Origin: Malacoraja senta
Taxonomy: Eukaryota
Assembly: GCA_038087875.1 (NCBI GenBank)
Contig: CM075996.1
Location: 6,326,001-6,390,000 of the forward strand
Direction: 5' to 3'
Length of the DNA stretch: 64,000 bases
Shown: piece after piece, positions 1 to 12,474 of the stretch
Layout: each line of letters begins with the position of its first letter
Numbering within the stretch: position 1 is the first letter of the stretch
Notes under the pieces: generated by a model
The model's database searches: none
The model's input: only the letters and a program-made list of their open reading frames with translations
What the model was told of the DNA's origin: nothing
Made by a program: the position numbers and the translations under genes

Positions 1-1162
1 ACATGTCCCATCTACACCAGTCCTACCTAATTCTTTTGGCCCATATCCCTCTAAACCTGTCCTATTTATGTGCTTGTCCACATGTTTCTTAAACGTTGGG
101 ATAATTTTAAATGCTTAAACATTTGTCGACACACTTCAATCAGTCTGCGAAATCCCAATGCCACTGATCCCGGATGTCAGTAACATTCAGGGAAGAGGAG
201 AGTAAGTGGTGAGTCTGAAGTTCCCACTTCAGGAATGCTGCTGGTCTCGCTCCCTTGTTTCCTTCTCTTTTATATCTTAAATGCATTTCTGAGATTGCTT
301 CCCTTTGGCCCTTTTTATTTCAATCTTAGCTAATTCACACTGCAAAACAAGAGGATGACAATCTAACCTTCCACTGCCTGGGACGTTTTATTATACGAAA
401 AGCACTAATCAATGAAAATTGTTGCTCTTTGTTCACAAGCCTGTTGTAAACGCTGCTTCTGCTGGCGATATAATACTACTGTCACCTCTATCTGATGTTA
501 CCCTGACTTCCCCAGGTATGGGCTTAGTTACTGGAAACAGCCACCGTCCATTTACCCACAAGTGGTGCTGCATTAACTTAGTGTGCTGCTCAATGTTGTA
601 GTAGAATATCAGTTAGGAACCTGAAGGGGAGAATGTTAGCATGAGTAGGTGGCTGTAACGGCCCTGGAATATCTCTGGATTTCAAGCCTGTTCCAATTGA
701 AAATCTTACCTATAAAGCCGATTTGCAGTTACATTCTCCCTGTCGGTGTTTGTAACTATAACCTTCCGATAAACTTCCAAAGCAATTAAGATTAAAAAAA
801 CTTGGCTTATGGCACCAACCCTGGTTTGGAGCTGATATTTCAGTAGTTATTAGACCCATTCTTTGATTACACTATTGGTTGATCATGAATGCCTGAGTTG
901 TTGGATTAATGTTTTGTTACGACCATCTGGAAAAGATGTCTCTACTTAACCGATGCTCTACTTACCGATGATTGTTACAAGATTGTCAGCGTAATCTACT
1001 CCCCTGTGTATCGCCCTGCACCGTTACACTCTGGCAAAGAACTTTTGACAGCAGTCTTTCTTATGTGCATCATATCTGATGTTTAGAAAGTGATTCTAAT
1101 TAATCTCATAAATCTCTTTTTCTTTCCCTCCCCATCCCGCAATGTGTCGTCTTCCATTTCAG

Positions 1163-1189
1163 AATACGATAGACTCTTTAAATATGCAG
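1163..1189 (+). CDS. CNOT3: CNOT3-like coding micro-exon (27 nt, NTIDSLNMQ)
   Basis: Pyrimidine tract + TTTCAG acceptor (AG 1161-1162) and GTGAGT donor at 1190; peptide matches recalled CNOT3 NTIDTLNMQ; phase 0/0. Confidence 0.85.
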
Positions 1190-1306
1190 GTGAGTGGCAT
1201 GGCTAATTTAGTTTGAAATGATTTTAGCTGAATGATTGTTGATTTATTTTTGAGCCTCTTGCTACACTGTTCGGATCAATGAAGGTAATCATGTTGCCCT
1301 TCCCAG

Positions 1307-1375
1307 GTTGATCTCTTTGAAAGTGAAATGGAAACATTGTCAGCGGTGACAAGGAAAAAAAAGGGTGAGAAAGAG
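1307..1375 (+). CDS. CNOT3: CNOT3-like exon (VDLFESEMETLSAVTRKKKGEKE)
   Basis: CCCAG acceptor, GTAGG donor; matches CNOT3 [23 protein letters not shown]; 69 nt, phase 0/0. Confidence 0.9.
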
Positions 1376-1717
1376 GTAGGAATAAGTGCTTTCATTCAGT
1401 TTACATGTTTATCTGGAACATATGTGCCTGTTATTGGATAATGTTGAGCATTTGTTTAATGCTTGTTACTGAAAAACCTGGTGCATACAACTTAAATTTT
1501 TGTTACTATGTATACTCAATTTCCTGCGAACACCCATGCAAACTTCTCGCTAACTCCTCAATTATATTACTAATAGTTGTGTTCTGCTACTCACATCCCA
1601 GCTACTGCGTGGTCTGAGTATGTCTCATATTCCTCTTGCCGTGTCACTCCGTATGCCCCTAGCATTCCTGTTTCTGTAATGTGTTGGGCAAGTCTCACTC
1701 CTGTTAACGGTTTACCG

Positions 1718-2223
1718 AATAGAAACATAGAAAATAGGTGCAGGAGTAGGCCATTCGGCCCTTCGAGCCTGCACCGCCATTCAATATGCTCATGGCTGAT
1801 CATCCAACTCGGTATCCTGTACCTGCCTTCTCTCCATACCCACTGATCCCTTTAGCCACAAGGGCCACATCTAACTCCCTCTTAAATATAGCCAATGAAC
1901 TGGCCTCAACTACTTTCGGTGGCAGAGAATTCCACAGATTCACCACTCACTGTGTGAAAAAAAAAAATTCTCATCTCGGTCCTAAAAGACTTCCCCCTTA
2001 TCCTTAAACTGTGACCCCCTTGTTCTGGACTTCCCCAACATCGGGAACAATCTTCTTGCATCTAGCCTGTCCAACCCCTTAAGAATTTTGTACGTTTCTA
2101 TAAGATCCCCCCTCAACCTTCTAAATTCTGGCGAATACAAGCCGAGTCTCCAGTCTTTCTTCATATGAAAGTCCTGCCATCCCAGGAATCAGTCTGGTGA
2201 ACCTTCTCTGTACTCCCTCTATG
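1718..2223 (-). mobile_element. CR1/HER1-type LINE, 5'-truncated 3' fragment
   Basis: RT C-terminal peptide RLGLYSPEFRRLRGDLIETYKILKGLDR; 3' stem GAAGGGCCGAATGGCC and (CTATGTTT)n tail. Confidence 0.88.
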
Positions 2224-4249
2224 GTACTCCCTGAATCGCTCTATGTTTTGTGCTGCACACTTGCTACTGTAAACTCCATGGTAAAGTACCCATGGAAAGA
2301 TTGTTGATCTTGTACAGTAATGCTTTCCGATTATTGATTCCCCATATACACCAACCTTCATTGTTTTAATTGTGGTCGTTTTGCTGTCAAGAAATATTTC
2401 CTTTTTATATTCTAGATTAAAAATGCCACAAGAATGTGTTGATATAGAATAGAAAATGTGTCTAATTAAAACATTAGAGATTAGAGAGATTCCTTTATTT
2501 GTCTAATTAAAACATCACCTGTAGTCCCTGCTGCAAACTCTGCCCATTTGTCATCATCCTTAATTCTTCTCTCCATCCACAGTCTTAAACAGAACCAGAC
2601 TATTAGCAATTGCAGGACCCTGCTAAACCCAAAGCTGCACTTCTTATCCATACATGCTATTCCTTTCATAGATAGCTGCAGTCATGATATTTCTCACCCA
2701 TCCCTGTCATCTCCAGACTGCGCTAAACCAGTTCTGTCCTTCTTTAAGTCAGCTCATCCAAAACTCTTCAGCCCATCATATCTGGAAACATCTCAAGAGC
2801 TTGCCCAGACACCTTCCAGGTTGCTGAATCCTCATGGGCCTGCAGCTTTGACACCGGATGTACAGACATTAAATGGAGCCAACAGCCAGAAAGGTCCCTG
2901 TTGATGAGCAGAGACAGGCTACGTTTTGTTTTTGCAAGCGCAAGCTTCGATTTAGGTGAGCACACATGGTCCAATTCTGGATGCATCGGAGTAGGTCAAG
3001 ATTAATGTCCAGAGCTTCCTGTGTCCTGCAAGAACTCAATAATAAACAAAAATACTGGGGACTCATCGTCAAATCAGCTGTCCCTTATCCCTTCAGCGGC
3101 CGGCTTTTCTCTCCAATACAACCCCAACACCCAACTTGTCATCCACACCCTTGTGCCCATTCTCTTTACTTCTCCTAATATTCTCATCACTCAACCCAAT
3201 GCACCCTGACTCTGTCAACGCAACCCATCCTTCCTCCCAATTCAAACTGTCCTCTTACCTCCAATACAATCCTGGGAGGACAAATGTGGGGGAGAGAATG
3301 CAATGTGGACTCAGCATCTTTGCCCCAATGCTGCTTTCTTGCCACCATATGTGTCCTCGCACTTCCCCCATCTCAGTATGTGCACACCACCAGGGGACCC
3401 ATCCCCATGTTCCCCCCTTAACACCTTGTCACTCATCCTCCTTCACCTAACCATTCCCCAAGATAAAATGTCTGATCACCCCGCTTAGCAACCTTCAGAA
3501 GAAAAGAGTGACCATTTTGTTCACAGAAGTAGATAGGGATTAATTTCCCTGTCAGAGACCTCTTATGAATAAATGGATCAGAGCGTGTGTCAGCATGGCA
3601 CCGTTATTGACATTCTCACCTTTGATTGTACTTCTGTGAAACCTTGTGTGTCATACATGCCTCTGAGTCAGAAACCTCAAGCAGCACAAACTGCTTCAGA
3701 AGCTTGTACTGAAAAGCTAATCCTGGCACTTTGTATTTTGAAAGAACACTCCTTTGCTGCAAGCACCACCTTTTGGATGTTAAACTCAGGTTCATGAGCT
3801 CGTCAGGTGAATGTAAAAAATCCCAAACCAATCTTTTGGAGTGTTATCGCCTCGAACAAAATTTATTTGCCATTCAACATGACTGAAATAAACCTTATCC
3901 TGTCCTTGTCACATTACTGATTATGGGAGGTTGCTGCGTGCAAATTAGCTGCCAGGTCTCCTGCATTACAACAACAGAGCCTAAATTTCCAAATGACTTA
4001 ATTTTATAATTTTTAAAAAATATATTTTTATTAGAAGCAATGTACAGTAGTATAAACCGCGACTTAATTTGTTGCAAAGCACTTGGAAACATACTGAAAG
4101 GAATGTGAAAGGTGCTGTAAAACTGCGTCTTTTTTTATTTTGTAGTGTGGGCTGCTCTTCTATGCCAAAGGCGCTATAGAAATACAATCTGATGGTATTT
4201 ATAGTCTGATTTAGTACCATTACCAAATCTATTGTAAAAACAAGAACCT

Positions 4250-4584
4250 TTAGTTTAGTTTTTAGTTTTAGCGATACAGCGCGGAAACAGGCCCTTCGGC
4301 CCAACGAGTCCACACCGACCATCGATCTCCGCACATTAACACTATCCTACACACTAGGGACATTTTTACACTTATACCAAGCTAATTAACCTACAAACCT
4401 GTACGTCTTTGGAGTGTGGGTGGAAACCGAAGGTCTCGGAGAAAACCCACACAGGTCACGGGGAGAAAGTACAAACTCCATACAGACAGCACCCATAGTC
4501 GGGATTGAACCCGGGTCTCTGGCGCTGCAAGTGCTGTAAGGCAGCAACTTTACCGCTGTGTACCGCTGTGTCACCGTGCCGCCC
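4250..4584 (-). mobile_element. HE1-type V-SINE, near full length
   Basis: tRNA-like head with box A/B, central GGTTTCCACCCACACTCCAAAGAC, CR1-like tail GGGCCGAAGGGCCTGTTTCC + (CTAAA)n. Confidence 0.85.
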
Positions 4585-4819
4585 TACACAATTACAATTA
4601 CAATTTTTATTTATTGCGGTACTTTTAATAAATGTGTTTTCAAACAGCTTTTAGATCGGCATTATGAGTGTTGAGCATACTGTCTGGTATGTCTTACGCA
4701 GTTTAAAAGATGCACCGTGACATTTCTGCCTGGCAGCCAAGCAACAGCGGATTATTCGCAGAGATTCCACCAAGGTTCCATGTCAGAAAGCCCCCTGCGA
4801 ATATGTCACGGGTGTGAGG

Positions 4820-5245
4820 CTGTGTCAATTTGGCACAGTTGTCGACACTGTCACCTTGGAATCAAAAGATTGTGGGTTCGAGCCGTTATCTTGGTACAAA
4901 CCTTGAGGCTCATAATCTTTGCTGACTCTTCAGTGTAAGACCACTTACTGGAGTGTCAGATGTGCTTGACAGGGTTCTGGGTGAGACATTAAACTGAATC
5001 AGCACCTCTCTATTCAGATAGCTATAAAATATACTACGGCACTTTGTGAAAACAACAGTGTCCTGGTAATATTTTATCCTTCAACCAACAACTCGAAAAA
5101 AAAATTAATTGATCGGTGTTATCACTGTTTGTGGGTTCTTGATTTATACAAATCAACCTTTGTATTTCCCTCTAAAATGACTGTAAATACATTTCTAAAG
5201 TCAGTAATTTGGCTGACGAATTGGATAGGGATCTAAATGCAAGCT
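4820..5245 (+). mobile_element. Old degenerate DeuSINE/SacSINE1-like element
   Basis: Colinear motifs GAGACATTAAAC, GTGTCCTGG..ATATTTTATCC.TCAACCAAC, CTGTTTGTGGG resemble the recalled Deu-domain SINE consensus. Confidence 0.5.
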
Positions 5246-5466
5246 GTTGTATTTTAATATGGTAGATTGCAAATCATCATTGATGGACTAACTGAACTTT
5301 GTTTCCCAGTCTCTCCACTAATGACACAAAATGAGTGAACGTACACTACTCTTGAAATAATAATTGGGGGCTGCTGATGATGGGCCTTCCGAGACTGGTT
5401 AAAAGATTTAAATACGATGATCCGATTGCTCAGCTTTTTATCTAATCCATGGAAATCCTCCTGCAG

Positions 5467-5686
5467 AAACAGGACAGGCTAGAAGAATTGAAGCATTACA
5501 TCGAGAGACACAGGTACCACATTAAAATGCTGGAAACTCTCCTGCGCATGTTAGACAACAGCACAATAGAAGTGGACCAGATTAAGAAGATCAAAGATGA
5601 CGTTGAATACTATGTTGATTCCTCTCAGGACCCAGACTTTAAGGAAAATGAGTTTTTATACGATGATCTTGATCTTGAGGACATAG
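5467..5686 (+). CDS. CNOT3: CNOT3-like exon, Not3 N-terminal helical domain ([31 protein letters not shown]...[19 protein letters not shown])
   Basis: CTGCAG acceptor, GTAAG donor at 5687; 220 nt; strong similarity to the Not3 domain of CNOT3. Confidence 0.96.
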
Positions 5687-7274
5687 GTAAGACTATTTTC
5701 AGCCAAATGACTAAACTACTTCAAACCAGCCAGTGGAAATTGTGTGTGAGCGTGCATGCGTTAACCTTGCCCACTGGTGGAAGATTTTAACATTATTTTA
5801 ACATTAACGTTTTGATTTTAACATAATAATTATATTATTGATTGTAATAATGAATTACAACAGCTTGAGTTGTAATTCAATGCCCTTTTTGTTGAACTGA
5901 TTTAATATATTTTATCTTTGTACCATGTAAAATGGCCAACAGGCTGTTGTTGTCAGTTGTTGTCAGTACTAGCAAGCAGTTTAGGAAGAAAAAGAGATGA
6001 TTGCTGGTAAATCACTACACGTGCTCAATATAGATGCTGCCTGTCCCGCTGAGTTACTCCACCATTTTGTGTCTACCTGTCAGTTGGCAGCTCATTTACA
6101 TTGCAATAGATTGAGATAAGGTAGCTTTGTAGAAAGTAGTATTGAGGCTTGGAGATATTTTACGACTTTAGTTTGTTAGTTGAGAGATACAGTGAGGAAA
6201 CAGGCCCTTCGGCCCACCGACCAGCAGTCCCCACACTAACACTGTCCTACACACATTAGGGAAAATTTACAGGTAGACAAAAGTGCTGGAGAAACTCAGC
6301 GGGTGAGGCAGCATCTATGGAGCGAAGGAAATAGGCAACGTTTCTTCAGACTTAATTTACAATTTTACCAAAGCCAATTGACCTACAAACCTGTATGTTT
6401 TTGGAGTGTGGGAGGAAACCAGAGCACTCAGAGAAAATCCATGCATACTGTTTGGTACGGGGAGGCCACGGGGAGAACGTACAAACTCCACACAGACAAC
6501 ACCCGTGGTCTGGATTGAACCTTGGTCTCTGGTGCTGTAAGGCAGCAACTCTTCTACTGCTCCACCGTGTGGCACAGAGAGAGAATGCAATATAAAGTTG
6601 GAGTACGAACAAAGGAATCAAAATTACAAGGGTTTGACAGATAAATTGTATGGTGTGCTGTTGGAAATGTTAGGTAACCTGTTTAAACTGAAGTAGCAAA
6701 TGCTGATATCAGCTAAACCATTTATTGAATGAAATAAAACTGATAGTGGTTGAAAAATCTGGATGTTAAATGTCAGGGGGATAATTGTAGTCAACATGTT
6801 CTCTATATGGGCAACAAAGAACTCAGCAGCTATTAGGAAAATTAATTTTCAGGTTACTATCAACAGAAACTCAAGATAATGTGCCAGATTAAGATTGATA
6901 GTTTAAGGAAGACTTCTAAACTTGCAAACAGCTGAGAAAAGGACTTTGAATTAGCTTATTTAGCTAGTTAATGACATGTTGAGTACAGCACTGTTGATTG
7001 GGTGTTATAAGAGTGTCTCTGACACTCCTATCAGGAGATTCCAATCAGGAGACGTTCAGGTGCTGCTAATTTAGCCCTGGGAGACTGGGGAGGGAAGGAA
7101 AGAAGGAAGGAAGGCAGGCAGGGAGTGTGGCTGGCTGGCCAGCCGGTCAACAGTGCTGAGTGAGGAGGGAATCCACCCTCTGCTCCTGCACCATCACAAT
7201 GCCTTGTCAGACATGGGCAGCAGCCTGACCAATTACACCTTTCGGTTTTAATAGACTTCATTCCATGTTTGCAG

Positions 7275-7417
7275 CACAAACATCAATCATGGCAACATCA
7301 CCAGCAAGCAACAGTAACAGCAATGTGGAAGATGAACTTTTTAACCAGTGCAACAGTACTCCCACCTCTACAACCTCAAGTTCTCCTGTACCCCTCAGTC
7401 CAGCCAACCCGTCCGTG
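7275..7417 (+). CDS. CNOT3: CNOT3-like exon ([10 protein letters not shown]...[25 protein letters not shown])
   Basis: TTGCAG acceptor, GTGAGT donor; phase 1 in, phase 0 out; contains the CNOT3 [11 protein letters not shown] motif. Confidence 0.92.
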
Positions 7418-8389
7418 GTGAGTAAATTCCATGTCCTTTGTGCTAAATGTGCCGATTCTGGTTTACAAGTCTTTGAGAGAAGAACTTGTCAAAATAATTG
7501 CAATGTCTCCTGGCTCGGCAAGGTCAGAAGGAATTGTCCATGATGCGGGGAAAGTCGAATGCTGATCCAAGTACTGGCTCGTACTGTAATTCATTGCTAT
7601 GTTCTCTCCAACTTGTGGTATCCGCCCACTGGATCATATCAGGTGGAGGATATATTTTGCACTGCATGTTTCTGGATTGTTGTGTCTCAGCTGGTAATGA
7701 GAGAGGCCTTGATGTCACAGACTGGGCAGGTCTGTTGCATTTGCTATTCCAGAGTAAGATGCTGGTCAAATACAGATTTTTGGTGTAAGACTATCTTCTA
7801 ATTTAAATATTTCAAGTTAGGATATTGCTCTTATTTTGAGGAAGTATTTCTGCTACTCTGGCTCTATCATTGTATCAGTGGCAATGTGCTAAGAGGTGCT
7901 TTTTTATGTGGCATTCATCTTGCTGTATCTTGGTTCAAATGATAATTGTTCAAGTCTTTGTTGTTGTATAACTGCATCACAGTCACGTTTATCAATTTAT
8001 TATGGGCTTTCTGCACTGAGGAAAGATTCGTAGAAGTCTCAAGCCGATCATGCAAACCAATGATTGAGTATTTATTTTGCACCTGCTACATGCTTGGGGT
8101 CTCCTTTCTCGGATCAATCTGGATAAATATCTTCCTGAGCACTATCTTACTGAAGGATTCTGAACAGTCCTGCCCTAAACTAGGGTACCATCTGATTCAC
8201 CTCTACCTCAATGGGTACATTGGACTTTATGTCTGAAACAGCTGTGCTACAATGCTGAGACCTTTATTCTGAACTCTATCTTTACCTTTGCCTTGCCTAT
8301 TGTACTTCAGTTTAGCCTGATTGTATTTGTGTATAGTGTTAATTGATTAGATAGCATGCGAAATAAAGCTTTTTACTGTACTTTGGATT

Positions 8390-8803
8390 GTCTCCTTGTC
8401 GTGGTGGAGAAGCTTGTGTGGACCTGAGATCCTGAGAGCGATGCCGTCTGGAGCTATGCTCCTGGTAGGGCCACCCATGGCAGTAAGGTGGAGGGGGAGG
8501 TCTCTGACAAAGAGCAATCCAACCAAGACCTCAATGGTGGAACAGGCGGAGGATGATGGCTAACCTTAGTGGAGCGTCACAATGGCTGGGAAGGCGGATG
8601 AAGGCTGCAGCAGAATAGGGTCTTCGGTCATCTTGGACTCCATACCACTGGATCCTAACCCAGATCTGTCAAGGACCTTGAGGTGGCTGTCTGTGCACCA
8701 GTCTCCCCACATTAAACAAAGTCACACACTGGCGTCTCCATATAGGGAATAGCATCGTGGAGATACCCATGGTCAGCCATGACCAAAGGGGGCTGAAGAA
8801 AGA
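8390..8803 (+). mobile_element. Short RTE-clade-derived element (5' UTR-like head + GAA tail)
   Basis: Starts CCTTGTCGTGGTGGAG...GATGCCGT...AGGGCCACCCA...CTGACAAA, similar to recalled BovB/RTE 5' ends; ends GAAGAAAGAA. Confidence 0.55.
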
Positions 8804-8929
8804 ATGGTACATGTGACAATAGACCTAAAACTACTTACATTTCGTAGAAAGGATGCACTGAATCATGGAATCATTGGAACGTTAAGCTATTTTTGTGCTA
8901 ATTTTTAAATACTTTTTTTTTTCCCTCAG

Positions 8930-8983
8930 GAAAATCATGAAGATGAAAGGAAGCGGAGTAGGTCGGACAGTGAAATGAGCATG
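8930..8983 (+). CDS. CNOT3: CNOT3-like exon (ENHEDERKRSRSDSEMSM)
   Basis: Long T tract + CTCAG, GTCAGT donor; resembles CNOT3 ENSEDDKKRGRSTDSEVSQ; phase 0/0. Confidence 0.9.
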
Positions 8984-9164
8984 GTCAGTCTGCTTTCAGA
9001 GTGGGCAAACTGCACTCTGTATTGTAAAGAATGTTTGTCATCAAATTCAGCTTGGGGCCCTGATTTGTGCCTTGCTGCGTAAAATCTGCACATTTGGGAA
9101 CTGCAGTACAAATGGAGCATAATCATCAAAATTTGTATTTACAGTATTTGTAGTCGTATAGTCT

Positions 9165-9400
9165 TTCTGCGTGGAAACAGACCCTTTTGCCCAACGTGCC
9201 CACAACGACCAACATATCCCATCTACACAAGTCCCACCTACCTGTGTTTGCCCCATATATCCCTCTAAACCTGTCCTATCAATGTATCTCTGTAAATGTT
9301 TCTTAAACGTTACGATAGTACTTACCTCAACTACCTCCTCTGACAGCTTGTTCCATACACCCACCACCCTCTGCATAAAAAGAATTACCCCTCGGGTACT
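9165..9400 (-). mobile_element. CR1-type LINE 3' fragment (tail type shared with HE1)
   Basis: Peptide QRVVGVWNKLSEEVVE; similar pieces at ~1-105, 19530-19895, 30340-30725, 45600-45980, 47085-47450, 59595-59950. Confidence 0.8.
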
Positions 9401-10019
9401 ATTTGTAGGGTTTTACTTCCCTGACAATTCACAAAGGGTTGATATAGATTTTCTCTGGGACAGCTCCATAGCTTGGTGCTGGGAGTACCACATTTTCCCA
9501 TTAGCCCTGAGGAAAATATCCACCTTTCATGTACTGCCTCTCTGATACATTGAAGCTTGCATTGCAGGGAATTGTAGCTCACACTGTCGGAGCTGCCAAC
9601 ATTCTGTCACGTCCCATAGTTTCTCATTATCTATGAAAATAAACCTGTATTATGCAAAGTATCGCAGGTGCTGAAAATCTGAGATGGCAGAATCACACTG
9701 AGTGTAAGATAGTCGGGTGAACTGTTGGGTCCATACTAGCCCTTTGAAGGAGCAATCTAGCTAGTCCTCCCCTGCCCTTTCCTCAAAGCCTAGCAAACTC
9801 TTTCCTTTCAGATACTTATCCAGCTCCCTTTTTAAGTGATACTATAGAATCTGCCTCCGTTACTTTCGCCAGTAATGCATTCTGCTCCTAATCATTTACT
9901 TGTTTTTTTAAAAATGTTCAAGCTCCTGTCATTTTAGGTTCTTCATTCCATGTCACCCAGTTCTTTATCCCCACCCCCCCCCCCCCCCCCCCCACCAGTG
10001 GGAGCAATCTTTTTATCTG

Positions 10020-10198
10020 GAGAAACTCAGTGGGTGCGGCAGCATCTAAGGAGCGAAAGAAATGGGCAACGTTTTGGGCCGAGGGTTTCGGCCCGAAACG
10101 TTGCCTATTTCCTTCGCACCATAGATGCTGCCGCACCCGCTGAGTTTCTCCAGCATTTTTGCCTACCTTCGATTTTCCAGCATCTGCAGTTCCTTCTT
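10020..10198. mobile_element. Palindromic PLE-terminus mini-element, subfamily B
   Basis: Inverted arms; flanked by a perfect 18-bp direct repeat GAGCAATCTTTTTATCTG (10002-10019 / 10199-10216). Confidence 0.75.
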
Positions 10199-10376
10199 GA
10201 GCAATCTTTTTATCTGCCTGTTTATACCTTTTGTGATTTCAAGATCCTTTATCAGCTCCCATTGCAACCACTTCTGTTCTGAGGCTTCTCCAGCCTCTCC
10301 GCAAAATATATCTTCTTGCTAAATATCTCCTGTACCCTTTAAAGCTTGAACATTATCCCCAAAATGTGGTAGGTTG

Positions 10377-10690
10377 GGCAGCACGTTGGCTCAGCGGTAG
10401 AGTTGCTGTCTAACAGTGCCAGGGACCTGGGGTTCGATCCTGACTACGGGTGCTATCTGTACGGGGTTGATATGTTCTCCCCGAGACCTGCGTGGGTTTT
10501 CTCCGGCCGCTCTAGTTTTCTCCCACACTCCAAAGATGTACAGGGTTTGTAGGTTAATTGACTTTGGTATAATTATAAATTGTCCTCCGTGTGTGTAGGA
10601 TAGTATTAATGTGCGGGGATCGCTGGGCGTGCGGCCTCGTTGGGCCGAAGTGCCTCTTTCCACGCTGTATCTTTAAACTTAACTGAACAG
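10377..10690 (+). mobile_element. HE1-type V-SINE
   Basis: Same head/V-domain/tail layout; further copies at ~6165-6575(-), 24484-24727(-), 25064-25362(+), 32241-32535(+), 50135-50457(+), 55805-56090(-), 58405-58688(-), 59180-59430(-), 60825-61120(-), 63210-63515(-). Confidence 0.85.
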
Positions 10691-11846
10691 AACAGGATAC
10701 AACACTGTAGTTGTGGCTAAAACAGCTTTTTCTAAAGGTTCATCATGACTTTGATCTTGTACTGCATGCCTCGATTTATAGTGCCAGGTATCCCAATGCT
10801 TTTTTAACCACCTAGTCAAGCTGGTGTGTCAAAGAAAAATGCATGTATGGACTCTAGAATTGTGCCCTCCAGCTTATGTTCTCATTTTTCCTACCAAGAC
10901 GTAACGCCTTTTTTGTTTGCGTTAAATTTCATTAAGGCTCATATGTTTATATCGTTGTGGAAAATTCTGCCAAGTACACCCAAGTCCACAGTCAGTACAA
11001 GAAAGTAAATCAGTGGTTTTAGTACTGATCCCCTGTGAATTCCACTGCACACTTCCCTCCAGTCCCAAAGCCAGGCTTACACTATTGCTGTTTCTAATTA
11101 TACCTTAGCCAGTTTTCTTTTTGGGCAGCCCTTTTTTTTTTCTCTCTGTTGTTCAGTCTTGGTCATAAGCCTATTATTTGGCACCCAATCGCAGACTTTT
11201 ATATAACACTTCAACTGCATTTCTGTTACTTCATCAAAAATAGTCAATTAGACACACTTTGCCTTTAAGAAATCTGTTCTGGCTTTCTCCATTAATGTGC
11301 AATTACACAAGTTAACTCTGTCCATGATTGTTTCTGGAACGTTTCTCACCTCCAAGATTAAACCGACTGACGTGCAGTTTCTGGGTTTATATATAACCGA
11401 TTTTTGATTGTGGGTGTAATATTTGCAGTCTTTGGGCACCACCCCTAATTCTGTAGATGTCAGAACCTCCGGTAGTTTCCTCTTTTCTCAGTGACCCAGG
11501 ACATATCCCTTCCGGGCTAGCTGTAGTACGCACTTCAGTTTTTCTTCAGAAATTCTTGTCCCATCCTGAATCATATTTACATCCTGCTTTAAGATTCCAG
11601 CAATAGCTTCTTCCTTGGTGGATACCAGTGTGTAAAGTGTTCATTTAAAGCTTACAACCCAATGGTATGAACATTTTATTCTCCAATTTTAGATAACTAA
11701 CCAACAAACAAGCCCTTCCCCTCCGCTCACACTTTTGCACCCCTCTCTTCCCTGTGCCAAACCTGGAAATGCACCTATTTTGCCCACAGTCCTATCCCCT
11801 TTTCCCCTTCCACCTACTGTATATCACTGCCTGGCTTCACACTTAA

Positions 11847-12474
11847 GTGCCTGTCCCACTTGGCTGTCATTTACGCGACAGGCTGGTAGTGACTGTCGCG
11901 CGACGGTGGCGTGCGTCATCATGCATCCGCACAGCCGTCTGGAGCGCGTGACGTCATTTGAAGATAGACACAAAATGCAGGAGTAACTCAGCGGGACCGG
12001 CAGCATCTCGAGAGAAGGAATGGATGATGTTTCGGGTCGAGACTCTTCTTCAGTCTGAAGAATGGTCCCGACCCGAAACGTCACCCATTGCTTCTTTCCA
12101 GAGATGCTGCCGGTCCCGCTGAGTTACTTCTGCATTTTGTGTCTATCTCCAATCGTCTTGGCCCCGCTCTGGGAGTAGAAGTGGGGGCGGATCCGGATCC
12201 GCAACGGCCGTGAGCCCCAGGCCGAGCTCGACGATCGCTTGCCTGCTTCTGCTGTTGGAGGTGAGACGTCCCACTTGGCCGTCATTTACACGACAGGCCG
12301 GTGGCGCGCGAAGATTTCGTGCAGAAAGAAATCCTGGAGCGCTGCACGATGCCGCGCGCAACTCCACACTCCTCCACGCCACTCCATGCGCCCGTCCCGC
12401 GCCACCCACACGCTACCCAAACGCTACCAGGTTGCGTAAATGGCGCGCAAATGACGGACAAGTTGGACAGGCCC
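11847..12474. mobile_element. MITE-like non-autonomous DNA transposon with a nested PLE palindrome (~11960-12145)
   Basis: Imperfect TIRs GTGCCTGTCCCACTTGGCTGTCATTT / AAATGACGGACAAGTTGGACAGGCCC; CpG-rich interior. Confidence 0.65.

Noticed and set aside
4480..4584. tRNA genes suggested by box A/B motifs
   Set aside because: These are tRNA-derived heads of HE1 SINEs, continuing into the V-domain and LINE-like tail.
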